A DNA stretch of 64,000 bases, from positions 10,191 to 74,190 of the forward strand of contig JAFVWY010000012.1 of assembly GCA_017501465.1 (NCBI GenBank), in the 5' to 3' direction. The translations under genes were made by a program, and so were the position numbers. Positions 37,829-48,703 of the stretch are shown one piece after another. Each line of letters starts with the position of its first letter. Position 1 is the first letter of the stretch. The notes beneath the pieces were generated by a model. The model ran no database searches and was not told the DNA's origin. It saw only the letters and a program-made list of their open reading frames with translations. Source of the DNA: Bacilli bacterium. Its GTDB lineage: Bacteria; Bacillota_I; Bacilli_A; ML615J-28; CAG-313.

Positions 37829-39639
37829 TAGTTGTTAACCCTCTTAAATAGTTTTTCAATTTCATAATTAGTAAACTTAATAAGAGTTGGTCTGCCATGT
37901 GGACAAGTGTATGGCATTTCGCATAAATCTAAGTTTTTAAGTAATTCCAATACTTCTTCTTTACTAATTTGCATATAAGCTTTAATTGATTTCTTGCAAC
38001 TTAAACTTTTAGCAAGACTTTCATACATAATAGCTTTATTAACAATATACTTATTAGTTATGTGATTAAAAATATCGCTTAAGAATTCAATTTGTAAGTC
38101 TTTAGGAATCCATGCAGGAATAGTTCTTACTATAATTGTGTTATCGCCAAAATCGTCAAATATGATTCCTAATTTGTTGATCTCCTCTTTTGCTTTGAAA
38201 ATCGATTCAATTTCTGCTTTGGTATATTCTAAAGTAATTGGAATTAATAAATCATAGCAATTATTATCAGGATTATTTAAAATCTTACTAATTTTTTCAT
38301 ACATACATCTTTCCATTGCGGCATGTTGGTCGATTAAATAAAGGATAGAGTCATCTTCTAATAAAAGATAAGTTTGATGATATTGTCCAATATAATTTAA
38401 ATTTTGGAAGAATGTTCTTTGATTATTTTTTTCATCAAGAGCGAAATTCACTTGAACTTGTTCAATTTGTTTTTCTTCTTTGATAACAGGTTCAATGAAG
38501 GTTACTTTTGTTTCATCAAATTGTAATGTCCAATCATCTTCACTTTCTTTTTCATCAACCTCATTTAAAGAGCTCGAAACTTCAAAATCCTCATCATTAC
38601 TCATTTCAACTTCTGTAAAACGACTTTCAGCTTTTTGAAATTTTAAAAGTTCTTGTTCATGTAAAGCCTTCTTTATAGTTTGTGTGATTAAATATTTAAG
38701 ACTTGCTTCATCGGTAAATCTAATTTCTAGTTTAGATGGGTGAACATTTACATCAATTAAATCATAATCACATTTAATATTTAAAATAGTAACTGGATAC
38801 TTACCCACTGGTAAAATAGTTTGATATGCATCAGTAATGGCATATAAAATATTTAAATTTCTAATCACTCTTCCATTTACAATAACCACTAATGCATTGC
38901 GATTGCTTTTAAATATTTCATTATTAGTAGAATAACCACTAATTGTATAAAAGTTATTTTTATTTTTAAATTCAATCATTTTAGAAGCAGTCTTAACTCC
39001 ATAAGCTTCACTTATAACTTCTAATAAATCGTTATTACCACTTGATTTAAAAAGTAATTTTCCATTATTTGATAATTGAATACTAATATTAGGATTAGAA
39101 ATAGCCACTTTGTAAACATAGTCACTAATAGCATTTAATTCTTGATATTCATTGCCTAAATGTTTATATCTTGCAGGAGTATTGAAAAACAAATTCTTAA
39201 CTTCTACTTGTGTTCCACGAGGTAGGTTTGCAATTCCTTCATTTATTTTTTTACCTGCTTTATATTGAATATAGTAATTTGTATTACCATCATTCGAAGT
39301 AATTCTAAATTCAGATACGCTACAAATGGAAGCTAAAGCTTCGCCACGAAAGCCTAAGGAAGCAATTTTAAATAAATCATCTTCATTCAATATTTTACTT
39401 GTGGCATGTCTTTTAACAGCAAGTTCTAATTGTGATTGGTTAATGCCTTCTCCATTATCCAATACACAAATTCCAACTAAACCACAATCAGTTAAATCGA
39501 TTTTAATACTAGTTGAAGCGGCGTCAATGCTATTTTCAACTAATTCCTTAACCACATTCATTGGTCTTTCGACAACTTCACCGGCAGCGATTAAGTTAGT
39601 TATATTATCTGATAATTCATTGATTTTTTTAATTTCCAT
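37828..39639 (-). CDS. mutL: DNA mismatch repair protein MutL
   Basis: GHKL ATPase N-terminus (AAGEVVERP, ELVENSIDA, DNGEGI), C-terminal dimerisation domain. Confidence 0.95.
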   Translation of the reverse strand: MEIKKINELSDNITNLIAAGEVVERPMNVVKELVENSIDAASTSIKIDLTDCGLVGICVLDNGEGINQSQLELAVKRHATSKILNEDDLFKIASLGFRGEALASICSVSEFRITSNDGNTNYYIQYKAGKKINEGIANLPRGTQVEVKNLFFNTPARYKHLGNEYQELNAISDYVYKVAISNPNISIQLSNNGKLLFKSSGNNDLLEVISEAYGVKTASKMIEFKNKNNFYTISGYSTNNEIFKSNRNALVVIVNGRVIRNLNILYAITDAYQTILPVGKYPVTILNIKCDYDLIDVNVHPSKLEIRFTDEASLKYLITQTIKKALHEQELLKFQKAESRFTEVEMSNDEDFEVSSSLNEVDEKESEDDWTLQFDETKVTFIEPVIKEEKQIEQVQVNFALDEKNNQRTFFQNLNYIGQYHQTYLLLEDDSILYLIDQHAAMERCMYEKISKILNNPDNNCYDLLIPITLEYTKAEIESIFKAKEEINKLGIIFDDFGDNTIIVRTIPAWIPKDLQIEFLSDIFNHITNKYIVNKAIMYESLAKSLSCKKSIKAYMQISKEEVLELLKNLDLCEMPYTCPHGRPTLIKFTNYEIEKLFKRVNN

Positions 39640-39642
39640 TGG

Positions 39643-42219
39643 TTATTCACCTAATTTCTCTTTTAATTCACTAAGTAATAGTAGTGCTTCAATAGGTTTT
39701 AAATTTTCCACATCGGCTTTTAAAATCTTTTCTATGACAAATGTTTCTTTAGGGTCTCGTTTATCAATGATAGTTGGTTTTTGATAATTATCAATTGATA
39801 ACAAAGATGCATCAATCGTGTTATTTATTAGTAATTTTTCTAAAATATCAGTAGCTCTAAAGATAACCTCTTCTGGGATCTTAGCAAGTTGGGCAACATT
39901 AATACCATAACTCTTATCTGTTGAACCAGGTAATACTTTATGCATAAAGATAATATCGCCATTTTCTTCTTTAGCATCTACATGTAAATTCTTCAAATGA
40001 GGCAAACTTTGATCTAGGTTAGTTAATTCATGATAATGTGTGGAGAATAAAGTTTTACAACAAGTATTATTATGTAAATATTCGATAATACCTTGTGCTA
40101 AAGCCATACCATCATAGGTTGCTGTACCTCTTCCTACTTCATCAAATAAGATTAAGCTTTTATAGGTTGCATTTTGTAAAGCGTAATTTACTTCATTCAT
40201 TTCTACCATAAAAGTAGATTCACCAGATGTAATATCATCACTAGCACCAATTCTTGTAAAAATTTGATCATATAGTGGTAAAGTAGCACTTGTTGCACTA
40301 ACAAAACAACCAATTTGAGCCATAATACTAATTAAAGCTGTTTGGCGCATAAAAGTGCTCTTCCCACTCATATTTGGACCAGTAATCAACATAACATAAT
40401 CAGTATTATCCATCTTCAAATCATTAGAAATAAAGATCTTATCTCTATTTGATTCAATAACTGGATGTCTTCCATCTTTAATATCTACTTCGCCATATTG
40501 TGAAAAGACAGGACGAACATAGTTGTTTTTTCTAGCAACATTAGCAAAGCTAGTTAACATGTCTATTTCACTAATAATTAAGGCAGTCATTTGAATTTCA
40601 TGACAGAATTTCTTACAAACATTGCGAATCTCTTCAAATAATTCCATTTCAATTTGAAGGGCTCTTTCTTCACTTCTTAGAATTAAAGCTTCTCTTTCTT
40701 TAAGTTCTTCAGTAATGTATCTTTCAGAGTTTGCGGTTGTTTGTTTTCTAATATAGCCAAACTCATCTTTTACTAAATGAATGTTAGGTTTTGTTATTTC
40801 AATATAATAACCAAATACACGATTATAACCTACTTTTAAGTTTTTAATACCTGTTTTTTCTTTTTCGTTTAGTTCTAAATTTGCAAGGAAGGCTTTATTA
40901 GATGAATTAATGTTTTTGACTTCATCTAATTCTTTTGAATACCCTTCTTTAATAAAACCACCATCTCTTAATAAGTACGGAGCATCTTCTTTTATACTAC
41001 TACTAATTAAACTTGTAATTTCATCATAAATTTTAATTTGATCATTAAAGTTTTGAAGACTAGAACCCTTCATTTTCTTCAGTGTTTTTTTAATGTTAGG
41101 CAGTTCAGACAAAGATCTATTTAATTGTAGTAAATCTTTTGGTGATAATGATCCATAGCTAATGCGTCCAACAATACGTTCTAAGTCATAAATTTCTTGA
41201 AGGGAAGTTTTTAAATCTGGTAGTAGTAAATAATTTTTCATTAATTGTTCTACAATATCTAATCGTTTATTAATATTATTGATATTGGTAAATGGAAACA
41301 TAATAGAACGTTTTAAGAATCTACTACCCATTGCTGTTGAACAATGGTCTAAAATACCAAACAAACTTTTATTAGAGTCATTATTTCTAATAGAACTAAT
41401 CAATTCTAAATTTCTAACAGTGTTAAAATCTAATTTTAAGAATTCATTAATGTCATAATATTTAAATGGTTTTAGATGCATTAAAGTTCTTTTTTGTGTA
41501 TTAATTAAATAACTTAAAATTTGCTCTACACATGGTTTTAATGAATTATCAAGTTGTTCAAATAAAACCGTTAAATAACTATCCAAAACCGTTGTCTCAG
41601 CGTTCGAAATTAAAATATGTAAGACATTTGTAAGATATTCTCTCACAATCTTAGGAATTGATGAATTGACAACAATTTCTTTAATCGATAATTTATTGAT
41701 TTCATTATATAATGCATCAAAATATTTAGGTAATTTAGTTATGTATGAATCACCTGTTGATAGGTCAACGTATGAAAAAGCAAAGCCATCTTCTAATTTA
41801 TCAATAGATGCTAAAAAGTTATTATTTTTTTCGTTTAAATAATGTTCGTCAATATTAGTGCCTGGAGTAATTATTTTAGTAACTTCACGTTTAACAATTT
41901 TTTTATTGTTAGCATCTTCCATTTGATCAACAATTGCGATTCGGTATCCTTTTTCACTTAAACGTTCAATGTAAGTTGTTACTGCATGATGGGGTACGCC
42001 AGCCATAGGTACTGGTTCATTTTGAACACCTACATCTTTTTTAGTTAAAATAATTTCAAGTTCACGACTTGCAACAATAGCGTCATTAAAAAACAACTCG
42101 TAAAAGTCGCCCACTCTAAAGAACACTAATGTGTCTGGATAATTTTCTTTGATAGTTAGATATTGTCTAATCATTGGAGTATAAAGATTTTTATCTATAT
42201 TTTCATACATACTATTCAC
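39643..42219 (-). CDS. mutS: DNA mismatch repair protein MutS
   Basis: GPNMSGKSTFMRQ Walker A, DEVGRGT, TH motif; 858 aa. Confidence 0.95.
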   Translation of the reverse strand: MNSMYENIDKNLYTPMIRQYLTIKENYPDTLVFFRVGDFYELFFNDAIVASRELEIILTKKDVGVQNEPVPMAGVPHHAVTTYIERLSEKGYRIAIVDQMEDANNKKIVKREVTKIITPGTNIDEHYLNEKNNNFLASIDKLEDGFAFSYVDLSTGDSYITKLPKYFDALYNEINKLSIKEIVVNSSIPKIVREYLTNVLHILISNAETTVLDSYLTVLFEQLDNSLKPCVEQILSYLINTQKRTLMHLKPFKYYDINEFLKLDFNTVRNLELISSIRNNDSNKSLFGILDHCSTAMGSRFLKRSIMFPFTNINNINKRLDIVEQLMKNYLLLPDLKTSLQEIYDLERIVGRISYGSLSPKDLLQLNRSLSELPNIKKTLKKMKGSSLQNFNDQIKIYDEITSLISSSIKEDAPYLLRDGGFIKEGYSKELDEVKNINSSNKAFLANLELNEKEKTGIKNLKVGYNRVFGYYIEITKPNIHLVKDEFGYIRKQTTANSERYITEELKEREALILRSEERALQIEMELFEEIRNVCKKFCHEIQMTALIISEIDMLTSFANVARKNNYVRPVFSQYGEVDIKDGRHPVIESNRDKIFISNDLKMDNTDYVMLITGPNMSGKSTFMRQTALISIMAQIGCFVSATSATLPLYDQIFTRIGASDDITSGESTFMVEMNEVNYALQNATYKSLILFDEVGRGTATYDGMALAQGIIEYLHNNTCCKTLFSTHYHELTNLDQSLPHLKNLHVDAKEENGDIIFMHKVLPGSTDKSYGINVAQLAKIPEEVIFRATDILEKLLINNTIDASLLSIDNYQKPTIIDKRDPKETFVIEKILKADVENLKPIEALLLLSELKEKLGE

Positions 42220-42257
42220 CTATTTTCTTTGGTAAAATTATAACATAAATTTACTTT

Positions 42258-42296
42258 TTTTGCATAAAAAAAGAAACTATATCAAATATAGTTTCT
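42258..42296 (-). terminator. Terminator after obg
   Basis: Minus-strand AGAAACTATATTTGATATAGTTTCTTTTTTT. Confidence 0.55.
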
Positions 42297-42310
42297 AAAA
42301 AAGCTAGATT

Positions 42311-43621
42311 TTAGTCATAGAATTCAAATTCGTAATCTAAAATTCTTACTGTATCACCGTCTTTAACACCTTTTTCTCTTAAGGCATCATCAACACCTAA
42401 GTCTCTTATTTGTTTTGCAAAACGACGGATACTTGGATCGTTATTGAAATCAGTTTTTTGCATTAATTTTTCAATCATTGGACCTACTACATTGTATACG
42501 CCATCATCACATAATACAAGTGTAAATGGTTCTTCTTCTTTCTTAAAGTTGTATTCAACAACTTCTGCTTCATAGATAGGTTCTGGAATGATTTTAACTT
42601 CGTCTAATTTATCAGCAATACGATAAATTAATTCATTTAAGTTTTGTCTAGTTGCAGCTGAAATACTGATAATATCTTTGATTCCAGTTTCTTGTTTAAA
42701 ATATTCTAAGTTTTCTAAAGCACCAGGAAGATCCATTTTATTAGCAACAATAATTTGAGGCTTTTTCATTAAATCTAAATTATAACTTTCTAATTCGTTA
42801 TTGATTTTTTTGTAATCATCAACAGGATCTCTGCCATCAGTAGCACTCATATCAATAACGTGAACAATGATTCTTGTACGTTCGATATGTTTTAAGAATT
42901 GAATACCAAGACCAAGTCCTAAATGAGCTCCTTCAATTAACCCTGGCAAATCCGCAACAATAAAACTTCTACCATCCGGTACTCCAACAACTCCTAAATG
43001 AGGGTTTAAAGTCGTAAAATGATATGCAGCAATTTTAGGTTTTGCAGCAGATATTGAAGAAATTAAAGTAGACTTTCCAACACTTGGGAAACCAACTAAA
43101 CCAACATCGGCTAAAACTTTTAATTCTAATCCGGCATTATATTCAACGCCAGGTTCACCTTTTTCACAAAAATCAGGTGTTGTGTGACGAGAGTTTGCGA
43201 AGAAGGAATTACCTCTTCCACCTCTTCCACCTCTGGCAACAATTACTTCTTGACCGTGTTTTGTTATGTCAGCAACTATTTTACCTGTATCAAGGTTAGT
43301 AACTACAGTTCCTAGAGGAACTTTAATATAGATACTTTCCCCTTTGGCACCATACATATTGTTACCCATACCGTTTTGTCCGTTAGGAGCAACTATTTTT
43401 CTTTTATAATGAAAATCTAATAATGTAGTTAAGCCAGATTCTCCTACAAAAACGATATTACCACCATTTCCGCCTCTTCCACCATCTGGGCCACCTTTAG
43501 CCACATACTTTTCGCGATGGAAGGAAACGATACCATTACCACCGTTACCAGCTTTTAAAAATACTTTGGCTGTATCAATAAACATATTGCTCCTCCTTTT
43601 TATTTTAAAAAACACTTCCAT
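42311..43621 (-). CDS. obg: GTPase Obg/CgtA with C-terminal OCT domain
   Basis: Gly-rich Obg fold (GGNGGNG, GGRGGRGN), G-domain GFPSVGKST; true start probably MFIDTAKV. Confidence 0.95.
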   Translation of the reverse strand: MEVFFKIKRRSNMFIDTAKVFLKAGNGGNGIVSFHREKYVAKGGPDGGRGGNGGNIVFVGESGLTTLLDFHYKRKIVAPNGQNGMGNNMYGAKGESIYIKVPLGTVVTNLDTGKIVADITKHGQEVIVARGGRGGRGNSFFANSRHTTPDFCEKGEPGVEYNAGLELKVLADVGLVGFPSVGKSTLISSISAAKPKIAAYHFTTLNPHLGVVGVPDGRSFIVADLPGLIEGAHLGLGLGIQFLKHIERTRIIVHVIDMSATDGRDPVDDYKKINNELESYNLDLMKKPQIIVANKMDLPGALENLEYFKQETGIKDIISISAATRQNLNELIYRIADKLDEVKIIPEPIYEAEVVEYNFKKEEEPFTLVLCDDGVYNVVGPMIEKLMQKTDFNNDPSIRRFAKQIRDLGVDDALREKGVKDGDTVRILDYEFEFYD

Positions 43622-43645
43622 TGTGGAAGTGTCTTATCATCATAA

Positions 43646-43936
43646 TTATGCTTGAGGATAAACTGAAACTTGTTTCTTTCCTCTACTGATGTGTTCAAAT
43701 TTAACGATACCATCGATCATGCAGAATAAAGTATCATCTTTACCTTTACCTACATTAACACCTGGATGTACTTTTGTACCTCTTTGACGATAAATGATTG
43801 AACCAGCAGTGGCGTATTGTCCGTCTGATAATTTAGCACCTAAACGTCTTCCAACAGAATCACGACCGTTTTTAGTAGAACCTACACCTTTTTTTGATGC
43901 GAAGAATTGTAAACTAAAATTCATCATTTGTGCCAC
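43646..43936 (-). CDS. rpmA: 50S ribosomal protein L27 with N-terminal pro-sequence
   Basis: [19 protein letters not shown]: conserved Prp cleavage site (FF|ASKKG). Confidence 0.9.
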   Translation of the reverse strand: MAQMMNFSLQFFASKKGVGSTKNGRDSVGRRLGAKLSDGQYATAGSIIYRQRGTKVHPGVNVGKGKDDTLFCMIDGIVKFEHISRGKKQVSVYPQA

Positions 43937-43944
43937 CTCCTATT

Positions 43945-44280
43945 TTAAATTTTGGCGATTTTAATTTTTAAATGTTTTGGGTATTGCTTTTCAATGTTTT
44001 CCAATACTTCTATAAAGTTTTGGATGATTTGTTTAACTAGAATTGATTCATCTTTTTTAATCATTTCAAAAGTAATATCTGCATCTTTTTCAAAATATTG
44101 ATATGCTTTTTCATCTAAAACTTTTTGTAGTAAACCTAATGTAGTGAATGTTGCAGTTGTTATTCCTGAACAAACTATATCAGATCCATACTCAGAGTAA
44201 TCAGCATGACCTTTAATTTGAAATGAAACAAAATGACCATCTTTATAATTAAACACAGCGTTTGTCATATTAAGCAACAA
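43945..44280 (-). CDS. prp: Ribosomal-processing cysteine protease Prp (YsxB)
   Basis: GHADY...DIVCSGIT catalytic dyad context; between rplU and rpmA. Confidence 0.8.
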   Translation of the reverse strand: MLLNMTNAVFNYKDGHFVSFQIKGHADYSEYGSDIVCSGITTATFTTLGLLQKVLDEKAYQYFEKDADITFEMIKKDESILVKQIIQNFIEVLENIEKQYPKHLKIKIAKI

Positions 44281-44569
44281 TTTCTTTAATTACCACTTTA
44301 GTATAAGCTTGTCTATGACCTTGCTTTTTGTGGTAATTCTTTTTAGAATTGTAATGATAAACAACAATTTTCTTGCCTTTACCATGTTTTTCTACAACAC
44401 CAATAACTTTTGCTCCTTCAACATAAGGTTGACCAACTTTATCACCAGCTAGTAATACTTGATCAAAAACAACTTCTTGTTCAGCTTCAACTTCTAGTTT
44501 TTCAACATAGATAGCATCACCAACAGTAGCACGGTATTGTTTACCACCAGTTACAAAAATTGCGTACAT
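44270..44569 (-). CDS. rplU: 50S ribosomal protein L21
   Basis: [18 protein letters not shown] start typical of L21. Confidence 0.9.
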   Translation of the reverse strand: MYAIFVTGGKQYRATVGDAIYVEKLEVEAEQEVVFDQVLLAGDKVGQPYVEGAKVIGVVEKHGKGKKIVVYHYNSKKNYHKKQGHRQAYTKVVIKEIVA

Positions 44570-44747
44570 GAACTATTCCTCCTTCTATATTATTTTAAGA
44601 CACGCCATTAAGGTATAAGTCATTACTTATTTTACGTAACCTTTTCAGTGCGGTTGCCATATCGCAACATACATATTATACAATATTACTCATTTTTTTG
44701 CAAGTGTTATGTTAATTAAATTTGTATATAAAAGTATGTTTATCTTT

Positions 44748-44819
44748 AAAACCCGTTTTTACGCGTTCGAAAATTAAAAAAACAGGTATTTAATCGTTCA
44801 AACTCTAAAAAAAGGGTTT
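44748..44819. repeat. 72-bp palindromic repeat element (copy B, inverted relative to copy A)
   Basis: AAAACCCG-TTTTTACGCGTTCGAAAAT-loop-AATCGTTCAAACTCT-AAAAAAAGGGTTT; reverse complement aligns with 35981-36051. Confidence 0.65.
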
Positions 44820-44825
44820 ACTAGT

Positions 44826-45518
44826 TTATTGGTTTTGTCTTTTTTTCATTCTTTCCCAAGCAATATAACCATAAATATCATTTATAAAGAAAGCAATGAA
44901 ACAGCCAACAACGGATACATAAGTTATATTTTCTATTGAAGCTAAAGTCCATAAAACAATTAAAACAATATCGTTTAAAGAATAGGCTAAGGCAAAATAT
45001 GGACTTCTTCTAAATGTCAAATATACTGCAACTGTACTAGTTAAAACAGAAATAGTACTAAATATTAAATTAGAAGTTTCAAAATATTTTAAGATAAAGT
45101 AAAATAATATTGTAATTATAATTGCTACAGGAAGAAATAAAAGGATTTCTTTTAATCTCACATGATTAACACTTACTTCTGTTTTATTATCTTTGTAGGG
45201 ATTTTTGATCCAACTGACCAATGAGACTATAGCAAAAGGCATTGTCATACCAAAGTATGTAATTACTTCTCCATAGTACTGATAAGAAAATGAAATTATG
45301 GCATATAAAGTACAAAAAATTATACCAACTATTTGACCAATAAAGTTGCCTTTAGCATTTAATATTAAAGAAATTACACCAATAATAGATGCTATAAAGG
45401 ATACATAGCCATTACCATCAAAAATAAAGAAAGCTAAACTAATAATTAGTATGGATGATATAAAAATGATCTTCTCAGTTAATGAAAAATAATTTATTAA
45501 TCTTTTCATGTAAGACAC
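44826..45518 (-). CDS. pnuC: Nicotinamide riboside transporter PnuC-like membrane protein
   Basis: 7 TM; NAKGNFIGQ...YAIISF...WIKN pattern resembling PnuC. Confidence 0.5.
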   Translation of the reverse strand: MSYMKRLINYFSLTEKIIFISSILIISLAFFIFDGNGYVSFIASIIGVISLILNAKGNFIGQIVGIIFCTLYAIISFSYQYYGEVITYFGMTMPFAIVSLVSWIKNPYKDNKTEVSVNHVRLKEILLFLPVAIIITILFYFILKYFETSNLIFSTISVLTSTVAVYLTFRRSPYFALAYSLNDIVLIVLWTLASIENITYVSVVGCFIAFFINDIYGYIAWERMKKRQNQ

Positions 45519-45526
45519 CTCAAAAA

Positions 45527-45562
45527 AAGAAGCATTCGAAATATTAATTCCGAATGCTTTTA
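45527..45562. terminator. Terminator after ppdK
   Basis: GCATTCGAAATATTAATTCCGAATGC hairpin with flanking T/A runs. Confidence 0.5.
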
Positions 45563-45578
45563 TTACTTTTTAAAATAA

Positions 45579-48215
45579 TTATTTATTATTTTTATCTTTG
45601 ATTGCAGCTTGAGCAGCAGCTAATCTAGCAACTGGAACACGGAATGGAGAACATGAAACATAATCTAATCCTGCTTTATGGTAGAATTCGATTGAGTTAG
45701 CTTCCCCACCAGTTTCACCACAAACACCAATATGTAAGTGTTTGTTAGTTGAACGACCTAGTTTAACAGCCATATCTACTAATTTACCTACACCATTTTT
45801 ATCAAGAGTCTTGAATGGATCTTCTTCAAAAATCTTGTTACCATAGTAGTCAGGTAAGAATTTAGTAACGTCATCACGTGAGAAACCAAATGTCATTTGA
45901 GTTAAGTCATTAGTACCAAATGAGAAGAATTCAGCTTCACTAGCAATTTCATCAGCTAATAATGCAGCACGAGGAATTTCAATCATTGTACCAACATGAT
46001 ATTGCATTTCAACACCAGCTTCAGCAATTAATCTATCAGCTGTAGTAGTGATGATATTCTTAACGAATTTTAATTCTTTAACTTCTAATACTAGTGGTAC
46101 CATGATTTCAGGTTCCACTTTGATACCTGTTCTCTTTTGAACAGCGATAGCAGCTTTAATAATTGCACTTGTTTGCATTTCACAGATTTCTGGATAAGAA
46201 ACAGCTAATCTACATCCACGATGACCCATCATAGGGTTGAATTCATGTAATTCTTCGCATCGAGCTTTGATTTGTTCAACTGATTTGCCTAAGGCTTCAG
46301 CTAATTCTTTGATCTTATCTTCTTCTTGTGGTAAGAATTCATGTAGTGGTGGGTCTAATAAACGTACGTTAACATTTAAATCACCCATGATTTCGTATAA
46401 TTGTTCGAAATCTTTTTGTTGCATTGGTTCTAATTCAGCTAATGCCGCTTTACGTCCTTCAGCGTCTTCAGCTAAGATCATCTTACGCATTGAGAAGATA
46501 CGATCTTTATCAAAGAACATATGTTCAGTACGGCATAGACCGATACCTTGAGCGCCAAATTCTTTAGCTTGTTGAGCATCTCTTGGTGTATCAGCATTAG
46601 TTCTAACTTTTAATGTACGAGCTTCATCAACCCAACTCATTAAACGTCCAAAGTAACCAGCTGATAAATCAGGTAATACAGTTTCGATTTCACCTAAATA
46701 TATTTTACCTGTTGAACCATCAATTGAGAATGTATCATTTTCACCATATACTTTACCATTGATAGTAACAGTTTTTGCTTCTTCATCGATTAAAGCTTCT
46801 GAACATCCGCAAACACAGCATTTACCCATACCACGAGCAACTACTGCAGCGTGAGATGTCATACCACCACGCATTGTTAAAATAGCTTCTGAAGCAACCA
46901 TACCAATAATATCTTCTGGAGAAGTTTCAGCACGCACTAAAACAACTTTTTCACCAGCAGCATGTCTTGCTTCTGCTTCTTCAGCAGTGAAAGCTAATTT
47001 ACCAGTACCAGCACCAGGACCAGCAGCTAAACCAGTTGCAATTGGAGTTGCAGCATCAAGGCCTTTTTTATCGAATGTTGGTAATAATAATTTATCGAAA
47101 GATACAGGGTCAATTCTTAATACAGCTTCATCTGTAGTGATTAAGCCTTCATCAACCATGTCACATGCCATTTTTAAAGCAGCAGCAGGAGTTCTCTTAC
47201 CATTACGAGTTTGTAAGAAATATAATTTACCATCTTCAACAGTAAATTCCATATCTTGCATATCACGATAGTGATTTTCCATAGTTTGGATAGTTTCCAT
47301 GAATTGATTATATACTTCAGGCATACGTCTTTGTAATTCATCAATGTGGAATGGAGTTCTAATACCAGCAACTACGTCTTCACCTTGAGCATTTGGAAGA
47401 TATTCAGCAGAAATTCTTCTTTCACCAGTTCCAGGATCACGAGAGAATGCAACACCTGTACCAGAAGTTTCACCTTTATTACCGAATGCCATAGATTGTA
47501 CGTTAACAGCAGTTCCCCAAGAATAAGGAATACCATTCATCATACGATAAACGTTAGCACGTGGGTTATCCCATGATCTAAATACAGCGTTAACAGCTTC
47601 GATTAATTGTTCTTTTGGATCATGTGGGAATTCTTCGTTAAATACAGATTTATAGTAATCTTTATATTTAACTACTAATTCTTTTAATTCACTTGCAGTG
47701 ATTTCAGTATCTGATTTGTAGCCTTTGCTTTCTTTTAATTGTTCTAACATTTTATCCATGTCAGTTCTTGGATGACCTTTAGCAATGTTAGTGAACATTA
47801 AAATGAAACGTCTATAGCTATCGTAAGCAAATCTTTCATTGTTAGTTTCTTTTGATAAAACTTCAACAGTTGTATCATTTAAACCTAAGTTTAAGATAGT
47901 GTCCATCATACCAGGCATTGAAGCACGAGCACCAGAACGAACTGATACTAATAATGGGTTATGATCTCCACCAAAATTTTTGCCTGTTTCTTTTTCGATT
48001 GCGTTAACAGCAGCGAAAATTTCATCAATTACGTATTGTGGAAGTTGTTTTCCAGAATCATAATATAATGTACAAGCTTCAGTAGTAACAGTAAAACCAG
48101 CTGGAATTGGAACGCCAATGTTAGTCATTTCAGCAAGGTTAGCACCCTTACCACCTAAAAGGTTACGCATATCTGCATTACCTTCTTTGAATAAATAAAC
48201 ATACTTTTTATTCAT
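45579..48215 (-). CDS. ppdK: Pyruvate, phosphate dikinase
   Basis: 878 aa; N-terminal ATP-grasp (LGGKGANLAEM), phospho-His GGMTSHAAVVARG, C-terminal PEP-utilising TIM barrel (CGE motif). Confidence 0.85.
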   Translation of the reverse strand: MNKKYVYLFKEGNADMRNLLGGKGANLAEMTNIGVPIPAGFTVTTEACTLYYDSGKQLPQYVIDEIFAAVNAIEKETGKNFGGDHNPLLVSVRSGARASMPGMMDTILNLGLNDTTVEVLSKETNNERFAYDSYRRFILMFTNIAKGHPRTDMDKMLEQLKESKGYKSDTEITASELKELVVKYKDYYKSVFNEEFPHDPKEQLIEAVNAVFRSWDNPRANVYRMMNGIPYSWGTAVNVQSMAFGNKGETSGTGVAFSRDPGTGERRISAEYLPNAQGEDVVAGIRTPFHIDELQRRMPEVYNQFMETIQTMENHYRDMQDMEFTVEDGKLYFLQTRNGKRTPAAALKMACDMVDEGLITTDEAVLRIDPVSFDKLLLPTFDKKGLDAATPIATGLAAGPGAGTGKLAFTAEEAEARHAAGEKVVLVRAETSPEDIIGMVASEAILTMRGGMTSHAAVVARGMGKCCVCGCSEALIDEEAKTVTINGKVYGENDTFSIDGSTGKIYLGEIETVLPDLSAGYFGRLMSWVDEARTLKVRTNADTPRDAQQAKEFGAQGIGLCRTEHMFFDKDRIFSMRKMILAEDAEGRKAALAELEPMQQKDFEQLYEIMGDLNVNVRLLDPPLHEFLPQEEDKIKELAEALGKSVEQIKARCEELHEFNPMMGHRGCRLAVSYPEICEMQTSAIIKAAIAVQKRTGIKVEPEIMVPLVLEVKELKFVKNIITTTADRLIAEAGVEMQYHVGTMIEIPRAALLADEIASEAEFFSFGTNDLTQMTFGFSRDDVTKFLPDYYGNKIFEEDPFKTLDKNGVGKLVDMAVKLGRSTNKHLHIGVCGETGGEANSIEFYHKAGLDYVSCSPFRVPVARLAAAQAAIKDKNNK

Positions 48216-48349
48216 TTTCTATCTCCTTTTCTAAATTTAAGCACAAAAAAAATAACGATTTTTTTGGCATAATTTTTTACGCTAAATATTATACCACCAA
48301 TCGTTATATTTTGCAAAAAATATGAATATAAAAATGTTTACATAAAATT

Positions 48350-48667
48350 TTATTCAGAAATTGCTTCTTCCAAAATTTGATGTAATTGTTGTAAAGTGCG
48401 ATAACCAATCTCTTGTCTAAATGGTTTTCCATCTTTAAAAAATAATAAAGTTGGGATACTTTGGATACCAAATTGCCAAACCAAACTTTCCTCATTATCG
48501 ACGTTAATTTTTACTACTTCAATTTTTTCATTTGCCTCTTCTTTGAACTTTTCAAGTACAGGTGCAACCATTTTACAAGGTCCACACCAATCAGCATAAA
48601 AATCAACAAGAAGTAATTTATTTGTTTTTAATAATTCTTCAAATCTTTCTTTATTTACAATTTCCAT
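48350..48667 (-). CDS. trxA: Thioredoxin
   Basis: WCGPC active site; 105 aa. Confidence 0.9.
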   Translation of the reverse strand: MEIVNKERFEELLKTNKLLLVDFYADWCGPCKMVAPVLEKFKEEANEKIEVVKINVDNEESLVWQFGIQSIPTLLFFKDGKPFRQEIGYRTLQQLHQILEEAISE

Positions 48668-48703
48668 AATTTCACCTCAATATATTTTAACACATTCTTA
48701 AGA

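Noticed and set aside
39326-39784. Plus-strand 152-aa ORF across the mutS/mutL junction
   Set aside because: Antisense, Ser/Leu-rich low complexity.
43084-43299. Plus-strand ORF inside obg
   Set aside because: Antisense to Gly-rich Obg fold region.
46237-47576. Four short ORFs on either strand inside ppdK
   Set aside because: All lie within an 878-aa PPDK ORF with intact catalytic motifs.
48304-48495. 63-aa minus-strand ORF overlapping 3-prime end of trxA
   Set aside because: Alternative frame of trxA region; thioredoxin ORF with WCGPC is the real gene.
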